Translations under genes and position numbers: made by a program | Assembly: GCA_022605425.2 (NCBI GenBank) | Contig: JAKIMF020000001.1 | Coordinates: 744,001 to 808,000 of the forward strand | Length of the DNA: 64,000 nt | DNA from: Hamiltosporidium tvaerminnensis FI-OER-3-3 | Lineage: Eukaryota > Fungi > Microsporidia | Direction of reading: 5' to 3' | The notes under the pieces: generated by a model | What the model saw: the letters and a program-made list of their open reading frames with translations, nothing else | Databases searched by the model: none | What the model was told of the DNA's origin: nothing | In this document: positions 12,070 through 24,740 of the stretch, one piece after another | How positions within the stretch are numbered: the stretch's first letter is position 1 | Layout of the letters: the number at the start of each line of letters is the position of its first letter

Positions 12070-13400
12070 TTTTTTCTGCCGACTTCTCTAAGTTAGATGA
12101 TGTTTTGGCAAAATTTTCGTGAAGAATATGTTTGTCATTAGAAAGAGTATATAAAGATTTATAATCACCTAAATATGAACTTGGAAGAATGGTAGAGTGT
12201 CGAATAAGGACGAAAACATATGATTCGCGACTTTTGAACTTCTAAAATGTAATAAATTAATATTCATCAGAAGATCTACAATCATAAACGTAGAAAATGA
12301 CAAAAAAGCCCACTCTGAGTATATAGAAAGCTTTATTCGAGTGGAATATATACCATCAAAAATTCTCTTAGGATAAATTAAAAATTAACGAGCACTCGAG
12401 CGTATAAAGAAACAGAAAAATAAAATTTAACCCTGAAATACAATGCAGTGAAAAGTTGTGCAGATGTTTTGAAATTTGCATAAATAGTTCGAGAAATAAA
12501 AAATAAGGTCGCATGAAGAAGCGCTCTTGTTATATTAAGATAGAAATGTATTTTAGAGTATAACAAATGTGCCAATAGGGTTTAAACGTATAAAATTGTA
12601 GAGTAATCGAAAATAGTTTATAAAAAAAAATTAAATTGCTATACGAGACAACATAACGAGAAAATTATATCTTAACGTTTAAATTTATATAATGGAAAAA
12701 ATTTAGGTCTTCAAAACGAATTAAAATACGTGCGGTTCAAGATATTCTTGAAACCGAGTATTGCGAACAAAAGTAAATGCTGAAATAGATACCAACATTA
12801 AAATACAAGAAAAAATCGATTTATATATATGACAGTAAAAAATAGATTAATCATATTAAATTAGGAATAACTTTACAATGCTTTACTTTAAATGGTTAAA
12901 ACCGAAAAAGCGTTAAAATAACGATATATATACAAAATCTTCAAATTTTATTTACCAATCTACCACTCATATTCCTTCACTTAATTATCTGAGTCGATAT
13001 TGAAACAAATACTATAAAAACCACCTTGCAATTATTAAATATAATGAAAGTAGAAATCTAAAATAAATAGACTAAATATCATTAATTTAATATTATTTTA
13101 CAGATCAAAAAGACTTGAATCATGTCGAGATTTCAAGAAACCTATGAGAGTACATTGACGAGTGATATGCAAGTAACCTGAAATAAATGAAAAACCAATC
13201 CTTCTCAATACTCAAATCAAGTAACGAAAATATAATCGTTAAAAAATAAGGAATCAGCATAACTCCAATTCTAGATCGAGTATGGCTTTGTAAGAAAAGA
13301 AGATAAATACAGATAAACTTCGGATTTAGAAATATAAAATAAAAAATTCTAATACAGTGGATCAAAAATATAGAAACAGAAAAAAAAATTAACTTAAAAT
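12070..13400 (+). mobile_element. Decayed 3' half of the R4-like LINE
   Basis: gccgacttctctaagttagatgatg, gaacttggaaga, tcttcaaaacgaatt...gttcaagatattcttga match the LINE coding sequence. Confidence 0.65.
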
Positions 13401-13707
13401 TTAATTAAAAGCTAATTTACAATTCATTTATCAATTTTTTTATTATCAAACTACCCTTTAATGTTTAAAAGAAATATTCCACATATAAAATGTATTTCTC
13501 CTATTTTATTTCATTTGATGTCCTGTTTTTTTATATTTGATTCTACCGAAATATTCAAAAATTTTTAGATTTTTTATTTTCTTTCCTTTGTATGTTGTAT
13601 ATTTAATAGTTAATGTGTTTTTGATGTGGATAGGTTGTCAATTATACATTAAAAATATTTAATTCACCTTATTTTTTTCTTATATGATAGAATTTTTCGT
13701 TTCTATT

Positions 13708-13895
13708 TAAGATATATGATTTACTTATACTTTAGATTTTTTGAGTATTTATCTATTAGGATAAAAAGTTATCTTTATAAACCTAAGATATATGAATTAC
13801 TTATACTTTGGATTCTTTGAGTATTTATCTCATAGGACAGAAGGTTATCTTTATAAACCTAAGATATATGAATTACTTATACTTTGGATTCTTTA
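13708..13895. repeat. Tandem repeat, period 76 bp (~2.5 units)
   Basis: taagatatatga(t/a)ttacttatacttt at 13708, 13784 and 13860. Confidence 0.9.
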
Positions 13896-14036
13896 AATTT
13901 TTAATGTTTAGATAAATTATATTTCATTATGTTTAAAAAATTTTCAAATTTTTATTTGTATTTAGAAGTTGTGAAATAGTAATTTAAATGGATTAGGCTT
14001 TATTAAATTAAATTAAAATTAAATGAAATGTTTTTA

Positions 14037-14731
14037 AGGGAGAACAGTCACATATAAATTATCTGCTTGGCAATAGGCATGTGAAATTGGCGTGAAGATC
14101 ATTTTTTGTATTTTTATTAGGAATAAAAACACACTACATTGTCAGTCGCCTTGGTGGTGTTCGAATAGGGAGATCTACAAAATAGCAAAACTTTTTCTAC
14201 AAATTTATTTTATACTTTTTTGTGTAAACAGATTGTAGATCTGGATTTGATTTGTAGATAATTGCCGTTTAAAAGCATGGAAAGAAGATCTTGCTCACCC
14301 GTGTCGGAAGACTTAGCGACATAGAGATATAAAAACAAAATTCTTTAAAGCCAGGAAAACTAGGTGGCAGGTTATGTCTGTTATTATGACATTTCACATC
14401 TATATGGATCCGTATAAGTCTCTGAAATATATCTTAGCTAAAAGTTTATTAAGTCGGAAAGTATAGTGTATGTACCGCCTTTGAAATACCAAAGAGGACT
14501 AGACTTGGGATTTAACACCAAGCTACAAAATAAAAGAATAGTCTGCAATCTTCTCACTCGTTAAATGAGTTTTACACATCTTTGAATGATAACCTTCCAA
14601 ATGTAGATATCTAAGAAATATTGCTAGAGTTTTTGAGAGCAATTACCTGAATTTAGCCTATAAAAGACTTAAAATCTATAAAACCGTATAAAATATGCCA
14701 CTGTTTCAAAAATATGTGCTATTTAAATAAA
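14037..14731 (+). mobile_element. Family A retroposon, diverged copy A3
   Basis: tctgcttggcaat, aaactttttctacaaatttattt, aaaagcatggaaa, tctctgaaatatatcttagcta, and a ttaaataaa tail. Confidence 0.85.
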
Positions 14732-16078
14732 TAACATAGGGAACAAAACAAAATTGTCTGAACTAGGGAAAAAAATATTGTTATTTTTTTTAAAATTTGT
14801 GTAACGATTTTTAAACAAATATAACTCATCTAATATCAAGTAGATAACAAATATAAATTACAAAATTATATTTCCTAATATTTTTCTGAAAAATCTTTGA
14901 AGATTTGTATCAAGGAAATAAATTATAATTTATGAAAAAAAATTACTTAGTCGGATATATGAATATAAAAACGTTACAAAAATATGATTAATATATTTTT
15001 ATAAAATATAAAGTTATCTAATGAAACTTTCTATGGTTTGTTTTCTAAAATATTTGCTAATTTGGAGATATTCAACCATGAAATATAAATTATGGTTCTA
15101 TCTCTTAAAATTCATAAAATCACTTCAATGTAAAATTTTAATTTTTTTTTTACAATAATTAGAGAATCCCATAATAAATTTAATCTAAATTATTGGAAAT
15201 GAACAAATATTTTTACTTGAAAAGTAAAAAAAAAGAAAGTTTATTGGCCTAACAAGTGATATAAACAGACCAGAAAAGAATTTTAAACTTTTTTGTGATA
15301 TTATTTACATTATTAAATATTTTCCCATAACTCATATATCTTAACGTTCATGTTTAAATAAAGTATATACGCAGAATTATAATTTGTGAGAGTAAAAATT
15401 TCAAAATCACATAAAAAAATTAATATCTTCTACTTTTGTTTAAAATATTTCAAAATAGCCAAAGCTTTCTCATACATAAAATATTCAGCCAGAAAAATTG
15501 GTTTTTAAAAGAATAAGTATAATGCGACACTGTTTTTTTTAAAACAAACTAAATATAAATTCTAACCAATATATTAGCGAAGTCCGAATAATTATTTTAT
15601 GATTTCTTTATAAAGTGTACATTGATAGAAAAAATATTTGAAATTTAAATTTAAAAATATTATAAACACCGAAAAAACCAAATAAATCTAAATATTCAAA
15701 AAATGCATTTAATTCAAGAAGGACTCAACGAAGAAATGTTGATTAAGCAGCTTTAATTTCAATAAAATACATTTAATCTAAAATATTTAATTAAACATAA
15801 ATACTTTGGATGAAATTATCTTTTCTACGTATTTAAAAAAACAAAATTTATTAAAGTAGGATTCTTTCGCGAATTCATAACATTTTTAAACTGTAAATAG
15901 TGGTGTTTTGTAAAAATATAAAAGTTATTACAAATTTATTCTAAAAGAGTTAAATAAGTAACCAAATACCCAATTTTTAATAGCAGTTATAACTTATTTA
16001 AAAATAAAATTTTATAATTAAATTCTCTGTAAGTAATCAGATAATATTAAAATAAGTTATAATTTTGAACATCTAAAA

Positions 16079-16804
16079 GGTGGAGGGAGGATAACCACAT
16101 AAAAAACTTTCTGCTTGGCAATGAGTGTGTGAAACTGGTATGAGATCATTGTTTGGATTTTTGGTGGGAATAAAACCACACTACATCTTCGGTTGCTCCA
16201 TGGGAGTTGTTATGAGGAGGAGAGGTCTAAGAAATGGAGAAACTTTTTCTACAAATTTATTTTTAGTTTTTTATGTAACCAGATTACAGACTGTAGCTGA
16301 ACATGTAGTTAATTGCCATGTAAAAGCATGGACCTAGCCTTAGTCACTCGGGTTAGAAGACTTAAGGCCTTAGGGATATAAATTAAAAACCATTTAAAGC
16401 CGGGAGAGCTAAGTAGCAGGTTATACCTGTTGGTATGACATTGCACTGTCTAGGTGGACCCCATTTAAATCTCTGAAATATATCTTAGCTAGAATTTTAT
16501 TGGGTTCAGAAAGTGTAGAGTAAGTGAAAATGCTGAATAGTCTTGGGGGAGCCCAGGGGGGGCTTCGGCCTTCGATCACACTCCATGCAGGGGACATTAA
16601 CGAACCCCGGGCAACTTCCTCACTAAGTAATTAGGTTCTACACTCCTGGTAGATGAAAAGCTTTGGAATGTAGGTATCACAGAGGGAACTGATAGAGTGC
16701 TGGAGTAGCTGTTTTTTATGTTAAACCTATAACTACGTTAATGTCATAAAAACAAATATAACACTTGCCACTATTGTCAAAAGATATGATACTTTTAAAT
16801 AAAA
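16079..16804 (+). mobile_element. Family A retroposon, copy A4, with 13-bp TSD
   Basis: Starts ggtggagggaggataaccac and ends tttaaataaaa; TSD ttgaacatctaaa at 16065-16077 and 16806-16818. Confidence 0.95.
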
Positions 16805-17784
16805 GTTGAACATCTAAATATATTTCTGTAAAAAATTAAATTAATTTACCTTAATAAAAGCTCTATATCTATTAATTTACTATTATAAAACGTAGTATTT
16901 AATTAAAACATTCTCATTTTTAATCTATTACATTTATTTTGCCTCAAACACAAAAGACACATTACTTCAGAATGTAAACGTTTTATTATTTATTATATAT
17001 CTATCTTTCAATTAAATAATGATGAAAAATTATTGGTAAATTCATTTGGCAGTAAAATATTTCAAATTGTATTTAATGAAAAGTGTGATTTAAGGAATAA
17101 ATAGATTTTCTTAAATAGTAAAAAACAGAAGTAAAATTCAAAATTTTTTTATTTGATGTTTTTTTTGTTGAATTATATACATTGAACTTTACATTCAAAT
17201 TCCTAAAAAAGTATATCCATTCAAACTATTTAGAATTTAAATGACTGTAATAAATTATAACTAAAAAAAACATTCTTTAGAATCCAATATATTTATTGAG
17301 AAATATAATAGAACAGTTTTTTAATTTTAAAATAAATATTTTTTAATGATTAACTACGAATATCAAATTAAATTGTGTATTAATTTTTCAAATTATCTAC
17401 TTAAATCTAAATTACGTTATAGTATTTCAAATCTAAACATAATCACAATAAAATTATATGATTCATTTAATTTAAACATTATACTTGATTTAATTGTGTT
17501 TTAAGTTAAATTCAATTTTTAATTCATTTTTTAAAGAAATTTAACAGTTTTTTTATTGAATAAAATACAAAATCTTAGCTTTTGAATTCTAACATTTTTT
17601 TTCATAGAAATGATAATAGGAAGTTATTTTCTAAAAAAATTCAAAGAAATTTATAGACCAAACTTGAATTTTAGAAAAAAATTATTAAAAAAATTATTAA
17701 AATCTTTAACTAACTTTTTTATTTAAGAAATTGATATTAAATATAGAATTACATTTCATAACATTTTATTTAAACATTTCTAAT

Positions 17785-18306
17785 TTATATTTCAATACTA
17801 TCAGAATCTACCGAGCTTGATGAGTTATCTACATTATACGTTTTTTCTTCTTTAATATTCGGTATCGCATACTTATCCACATATTCTTTTACAACTTTTT
17901 CATATTTTGGCTTATCATTAATGTACATATTTGCTGCTTCACTATTGAGTGGGTCGAGTGCATTTGGATAGGACAATAACTGTGGTAAAAATATTTCTAC
18001 AACGTTTAGCAGATCGTAAAGTGGTGACCATACTTGGTTTAGTACATCAAGACATATAGAACCACTGTTTTCGTCAACATTTGGGTGAAATACTTTGGTT
18101 ACGAATCCGATAGATGGACTTTTAAATGGATAATCATCAGGTATGTGTATATTCACTACAAATTTTCCTCCATAAAATGGTGTCTCTGGTGGTCCTTCGA
18201 TAGTAACTTCTATGTCATTAAAATTGTCATTTTTCAAAACTACACCATAATTTTTGTTACAAAGCTTACATATCTCGTTTCGTATACGCATGTTTGTTGT
18301 TACCAT
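17785..18306 (-). CDS. UBC8: Ubiquitin-conjugating enzyme E2, Ubc8/UBE2H type
   Basis: YPFKSPSIGF, FHPNVDENSGSICLDV (catalytic Cys) and FLPQLLSYPN..DPLN; CCC upstream (ggg at 18317-18319). Confidence 0.88.
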   Translation of the reverse strand: MVTTNMRIRNEICKLCNKNYGVVLKNDNFNDIEVTIEGPPETPFYGGKFVVNIHIPDDYPFKSPSIGFVTKVFHPNVDENSGSICLDVLNQVWSPLYDLLNVVEIFLPQLLSYPNALDPLNSEAANMYINDKPKYEKVVKEYVDKYAIPNIKEEKTYNVDNSSSSVDSDSIEI

Positions 18307-19167
18307 GTGAAATAAAGGGTTTCTTTGATTTGGATAAAATCTATGGAAATAAGGAGGTTTTTATATGAATTATCTTAGTGGTTGTTATAAAGGAGAAAAC
18401 AAATTGAATAGAAATAAATATTTTTGTCTTAAAAATTATTTGTCTCAAATATCTTTAAAATTTACTGTTTTTAGTAAGAAAAATATTGGTTTCAAATATT
18501 TAAATAATTAAATGTAACAAATAATTTTACATTGGTTAATTTATTGGAAAAAACAATTTGATACCAATTTTTGATTTTAAAATTGATTTGGCCAAATTTT
18601 TGGTGTGCAAAACTTTTTGAAAAAAATAAAATATAAAATATAAGACGGGATATTTTAAGGGAAATACAAAAAATTAATAAATTTGTCGATTATTTACAAT
18701 TCAAAGTGTAATTTTGGTTAATTGAGTTTAAATGAGTTTTTTTACTTTGTATAAGTAGAAAATATACAATTAAAATCAAACAATAAACGAAAATAATTAA
18801 TTTAATTTTTTTAAAAAAATCAGCTACTTTAAATATTTATCGATATATTTTCATACGATATGAGATATGTTTTGATTCATGGATTAATATTTTTTTCTCG
18901 TTTTTTATATAATTCTCGTTTTTTATAGAATTCTCGTGTTTATATTAAACGGTAGATCTTGCTCATGCAATTTAAATTGGTGTTTATCTGTTAAATCATT
19001 TGCTTAAATGAAGTCTTCACACTTTTTGTTCTTATTTTCTGTGATACTTCTTATGTCTTCTTTATATATTTATTCTTATTTATAGTTCGTTTAAATTTTA
19101 AATAAAATTTAATTTTGATTTCAATCTTCTCTTCGCCATTAAAAATAGAAAATTGAAATTATTAGTA

Positions 19168-19252
19168 TATCAAAAGACGCTAGTAGCAAAAGAGGTAGAA
19201 GAAAACGTATGAAAATGATCAAAAAAGTTTTAAACGAGAATTTTATTAAATA
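19168..19252 (+). mobile_element. ~85-nt 3'-end fragment of the R4-like LINE with imperfect TSD
   Basis: tagtagcaaaagaggtagaagaaaac...gaattttattaaata; flanks aaattattagta / aaattattatta. Confidence 0.75.
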
Positions 19253-20029
19253 AAATTATTATTACAGATTAAATTATACTCCTTAATAATTACCAATATT
19301 TAATTTTTAAACAATTTTAGATAAAAATTAAAGATTAATTATATCACAATATTTATAAATCAGACTTTACAAGTAACAAATGAATAACTTTTTTACTACC
19401 CAAATTATAAAGATTCGCAAGAATCACTCAAAATAAATTTTACTTCATATTGCTTTCTCAAAATTGATTCTTAGAGAAAAGATATCATTATTTACGTTTA
19501 AAATTTAATTTATTTTGCATTTACACAATCAAGTAATATAATATAATATCCCGACGACGATTCGGCTCGAAATTATTAATTGGTTTGAAAATATTAAGAA
19601 ATTAATGATAGTGTTTGTAATGAAGATAGCTCTTCTGATTTGTTCATAAATCTTACACAACCAAAATTAGTAGAAGAAATGAAGCATAAAACACTTAAAA
19701 TGTTTAATTGGCCTAGAAAATAGTTCAAATAAATATTGAAAAAATTCTTTTTAGATTGTAATAAATTGCAAGAATAACATAGTAAATATATTTTTTAATT
19801 TTTTGGAAGGAAATTAATTGTAATAATTTGTCAGATTTTAAATCTAAGAATTTAATAATTGCATAAACAATTGTAAGGTATGATTTATGTTTTTTTATTA
19901 TTTATTAGTAGATTACTTATATCCTCAATAATAAATGTGTAAAACAATTATTGTTGGAATAGTCTATAAATTTTTACTCTGATCGAATTAAAAGATTTGA
20001 TATAAATGGCTAATAATTTGTACAAAACT

Positions 20030-23000
20030 TTGCCAGTGATTGTGGTTTGCCGTTATTTTCCAGTTTCAAGCCCAGATCAAAAAAGAGGGTCAATTAAGGG
20101 CTAGTGATCTTACCTCGTAAATCCATATTGTTAAAACTGACGAACCCACGAAATATATAAACTTGATTTTTGCAAGAAGAGTATACACAGAAACAAACAT
20201 ACATCTAAAATTAGAACATGTAATGTGTGCAACCTTCTCTAGGCTTGGCACTAGCTGATCTTACTCACGAAGATTACTTACTTATTAATAATTTCTTTTA
20301 CCTCTCGGTGTCGAGAAGGCATAAAAAGCTATTTTCCAATTGCTTTTTTAATCTATTATAACTCGAGATTAATAAGGATTGGCCTATGCATTCATTGTGG
20401 TTTATATTTCACTACAATATAAATAATGATTTTCGAATAATTCCACATACTAATTGTCAAGTATAAAGTTTTTAACGTGGTTATCCTCTATTCGCCAGAC
20501 AACTGAACTTACGAAATATAATATGGATATTGTATATCTACATGAAATGAGATGAAAATCAATCAACATTTTAAAACCTAAAGAATACACTATATTTTAC
20601 AATGAGAATACGACCTACATATTTGAGACAGTTTTTGTAATCAAAAACTACTTATTATAGGGGTTTAGAATATAAACTCATAAATGCACGAAAATGTTCA
20701 CTAAGAATAACGGGAAAATTTTGACGCTACCTTGATATTTGTGCATCTTCGCATAGAAGATGCGAATGAAGAGGGAAAAGATAAATTCTACGATATATTA
20801 GAAATACAAATAATAAATCACCGCGGTGTAACACTAAAATTTTTATTAGGTATCTTAATGCGAATAACGGTAAGAAATTATACTATCAAACGTTAATCAA
20901 AAATATGGCATTCAGCTAATATTTAATAAAGATGTAATTAGATTGATCGATTTGTGCATTAACCAAAAGTATGACCTCTCCTTTACCTTCTTCTATATGA
21001 AAATACATAAATAAACGTGGCTGTAACCCAATAGTGCGAGTTTCAACAAATTGATCATATCCTCATGTACTCTAGAGCTGCGGTAAGCGGTATGAATAGG
21101 CGGATTTTAAGAGGGGCCGATATAATAGCGATTATTTCATTCCAAGGCTGAAATATAGATAACTTATAGCAATGCCGAAGACTGTTAGGAGCCTCAAATC
21201 CCAAAGATTATACTGCGATAAATTTTATACTAAAAATATCCTAAAAAAATTTTGAAATATAAAGAAAAAATGATTTATGTAAGTAATAATTTAATATTTT
21301 GGATGAATTTGAGGATAGGATCTAAAATAATCAATTAAACAAACAGCTAGGGGGTTTAGGCTAAAAGAACTTTAAAGACAAAAAATGGTATATCAAGAGT
21401 GTGAAATGGCAATCAACATAAGAAATTTAACCAGCCTAAAGATTTCTACGGGGAAAATCGGGGATGAGCATGCAAGAATTTAGTGAAGAAAGAATTAGAG
21501 CCTTGGTATTTTTAAGAAAAAAAGAAGGTAAGAGAGGCTGCGAAAATTATCGAATTGATCGAATGGCGGAAAATAATGAGGTTTTGAAACTGCGTAAAAT
21601 GATAAGAAATTAGGAAAAAAAATGTTTTCAAGCATAATTTTATCATGTCTAAAATTCAAATTCATGCTATCTGGTATCCCAAAAGGTTCAAATAACTATA
21701 AGCCAAATATATTAAAACCCAATTTAACGCAGCAATGTAGAATACCCAGAACATTAAATAAAAGATTATCCCGCCAAAAGAAACGATAACTTAGTCGATA
21801 ATGAAGTAATGGCTGTTCCAAAACTAACACTAACAGAGACAACTAAAGCCAGCATAAATCGAAAAAATAATATGGTGCCTGGAGAGAACAGAATATCAGA
21901 GATTCTTACGTATTGCAGTTATTCTTTTGAATACATTTTATGCAACCTAATTAGAAAATATAGGCCAATGAAAAAATACCTAACGAATGGAATGTTGACT
22001 TGGTGGTTTCTGTTCATAAAAAATATATCAAAAGCACTGTATATTATTTTTGAGAAATATCTCTTCTAAAATTCGGATACAAGTGCTAACAAGAATAATT
22101 TCTGGCAGATTAGATCCATATGCAGAAAAGGCTCTTGGTGACTACCAATGTGGATTCTGAAGATGTTGATCTACAACTTACCAAATATTCCCGATAAAAA
22201 TGATGATTGAAAAATGTCTACAAATACAAAATATCGAATTATGATATTTTTTTGAAAAGAAACAAGCAAGGGCTAGCTTTGATCGAAATTTCCTATATAA
22301 GATACTTGAAAATTTGTTATTTCTCTAAAAAATTATTCGTTTAATTAAAATAGAACTTGTTGGAACAAAGGAAAAAATTTTACAGGTAATATATCGAGTT
22401 GGTTCAATATTAATAAAAAATTTAGGCAAGAATACACGTTATCGTGCATTTTATTCAACGTAAAACCCAAAAAAGATTACGCACTATATTGCATATGCAG
22501 ATGATCTGGGTATTATTGGAAGAAAAACAGAAGATATAAAATTTTCATTGATATCTTTACAGCGGAATCTGACCATGTGAAACCAGAGATAAATGAATAT
22601 AGGTCGAAATATATGGCAGTATCTTTTTTTCATGATCATCTTGGAATTTTTTATAGAAAAATATCATTGTAAAAGCGAAATATATCGAAATTTAAATACC
22701 TAGGCATATCTAAATGAGAATAATAAATTTTCACTTGAAATAAAAGAAAGAATAAAGGTAGGTAGCAAAACAAATTTTTCTTTTCAAAGCTTACAAAGTC
22801 AAATATGATAAACCGAAAGACGAAAAAGCAAATATATAAGACTATTATCAGCCCTACGGTAATCCGAATTTTTGAAACATTGGTGCAGACAAAAAGAGAT
22901 AGACACTAACTATATTAACATATGTAAACGAAATATACTAAGAAAGATAACTGAACTAATTTTCGAAAATAACGAGTAGAGAATTAGGCCTAATAAAGAG

Positions 23001-23294
23001 ATTTATGGCCCATATCGAGAATCCAATATTGTTCTGTAATGAACAAAGAAGGCTTATATGGCTCGAGCGCATAGAAAAAATGTCTACGGATAGAAATGTT
23101 AGTCAAATTTTTAAAACTTATCATGAAAGTAAGGAAGAGGCAGATCCCGAAAATAATGGCTAGATTGAAGAAAATTTAATGAAATTAAATGTGTTGCAAT
23201 AGAGAAATTTGGTGCAAAATGGGGAAGAATAAAAAAGTATTATCAAGATGGGTTAGGATCTCTAAAGGCTGTAGCGCCGCGGCAGTAAGTAAGT
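20030..23294 (+). mobile_element. Decayed RTE-clade non-LTR retrotransposon (APE + RT)
   Basis: APE start remnants (RTCNV..., ELTKYNMDIVYLHEMR), DYQCGF, IAYADDLGIIG (~22488-22520), KFKYLG and YKTIISPTV; RTE-type 5' UTR motif gggctagtgatcttacctcgtaaa; 3' end ggctgtagcgcc...(taag)n. The 5' boundary is approximate. Confidence 0.82.
20274..20496 (-). mobile_element. Family B retroposon, copy B2, nested antisense in the RTE endonuclease start
   Basis: Reverse complement: gaggataaccacgttaaaaacttt...aaaccacaatg...aatctcgagtta...ccgagaggtaaaag...aataagtaagtaa; RTE APE coding resumes directly after it. Confidence 0.75.
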
Positions 23295-24041
23295 ATTAAT
23301 TTAAATAATAAATATGTAGCTAATACTACATATTGTATTAAAGGACAGTTTTTTCAGACAAATAAAATGCTTCACAAGATACTTAGAAAGAAAAAAAACT
23401 CGAAATGAAATAGAAACAAGAGGTACTATGAATAGTCAAACACCAAATGCTTAGCTGACGCTTTATCGAATGGGACTTAAGAATATCAGAGGGCTAAAGA
23501 TGCAGATGAAACAAGGGCTTAATTTTTAATGGAAATTTGCTTAAGAGTCGCATATAATTTATGTATGAAAAACTAAAATAATTATACGAGAAACAGACTA
23601 GGGTGAGGACATAAAATTCCAATTTAAAAGAATGAGAAACTATAGCTCAATTTTGAAAGTTATGATTGTAATCGATATATATTTAATTTAGTTTTGTTAA
23701 ATGTAAAATGAAGTATTTTTTAACGAGCTTAACAGCTAGTTCATATATCAGATATGGAAGAAAAAAAGTGCATAACAGATAAAAAAATGAATACAAAGAA
23801 TGCGATTCCATTGTAACATTTATATAAAAAATAAATACATGTTTATAATCGGAACTAATGACAAGATTGGTTAAATATGTTAAATAAATTTTTCAAAAAA
23901 ACTAACGAATTATAAAGTCCAAAAAATGTTTTTATCTGACGATATTTAATTTTTTATTAATATTGCTTTTATATCAGTAAAAAAAATTGATTGATTAATA
24001 TGTTTTTTAAAACTATATAAGTATTGATTTGGACTCAAAAT

Positions 24042-24740
24042 ATGTCTGATACTTCAAATTATGTGTCGTTTTGGAGAACAAAAAAATTTAGAATTGCAGC
24101 AATAACTGTTTCCGGTTTAATAGTAATGATATTCGTAATATTGGGAATCGGATATAATAAAGCTACAAGTATTATAAAAGATTTTGAAATGGATTTGAAG
24201 AAAGTCTCTGAGTCAGAAAGATTTAAAAAATGTGTTAGTCAATTCAAAAAGACAAAAACATCTGCTTTTGGCTTGGAAGATGAATCATCATGTTTTGTTA
24301 TATTGCCTTCTTTTGATATTTCTGGTATTGCAAATATTCTTTTCGATGGATTCGAGGAAATGAAAGCGGGTAAAGTTCTAGGATCTACTTCATTGTTTGT
24401 TTCGGAAACAGATCTTTCGAAATTTCCCAAAGTAGTAGGGAATGTTAATTTCTTGACCAAAATCGGGTTTTGGTTTAAAGGTAAGCACGCCATTAAAGCA
24501 GTTTATGAGCTTTCAAATTACATTTATAAAGAACTAAAAAACAATAAAAAAAACAAAAGTATCTTGGTTGAAATTATCACCGAAAAAGAATCCGTATTAA
24601 GTTCTATTGAATATGATGAAAAGTCTAAAGGTTCTTCCAAAAAAATTTTATTCGAACCATTAAAGATAGAAAATGACTCGTTCAATGTATCCGAATTTAT
24701 TATTTTTATCGCAGAAAAGGTAAGAAATAGCACAGATTAA
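24042..24740 (+). CDS. Hypothetical protein with N-terminal signal anchor (type II membrane or secreted)
   Basis: 232-aa ORF from the first ATG (MSDTS...); basic patch followed by hydrophobic IAAITVSGLIVMIFVILGIGY. Confidence 0.75.
   Translation: MSDTSNYVSFWRTKKFRIAAITVSGLIVMIFVILGIGYNKATSIIKDFEMDLKKVSESERFKKCVSQFKKTKTSAFGLEDESSCFVILPSFDISGIANILFDGFEEMKAGKVLGSTSLFVSETDLSKFPKVVGNVNFLTKIGFWFKGKHAIKAVYELSNYIYKELKNNKKNKSILVEIITEKESVLSSIEYDEKSKGSSKKILFEPLKIENDSFNVSEFIIFIAEKVRNSTD

Noticed and set aside
16125-16337. Small ORFs inside family A copies (also 11436-11633, 39421-39621, 56258-56551)
   Set aside because: Frames are not conserved between copies; treated as chance ORFs.
16755-16775. TAACACTTGCCA near the family A 3' end and GTGGAGGG at its 5' end resemble twister ribozyme segments
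   Set aside because: No P4 loop (UCCCAAGC-like) on the same strand between them; the gtcccaaagcc word is on the opposite strand and unpaired.
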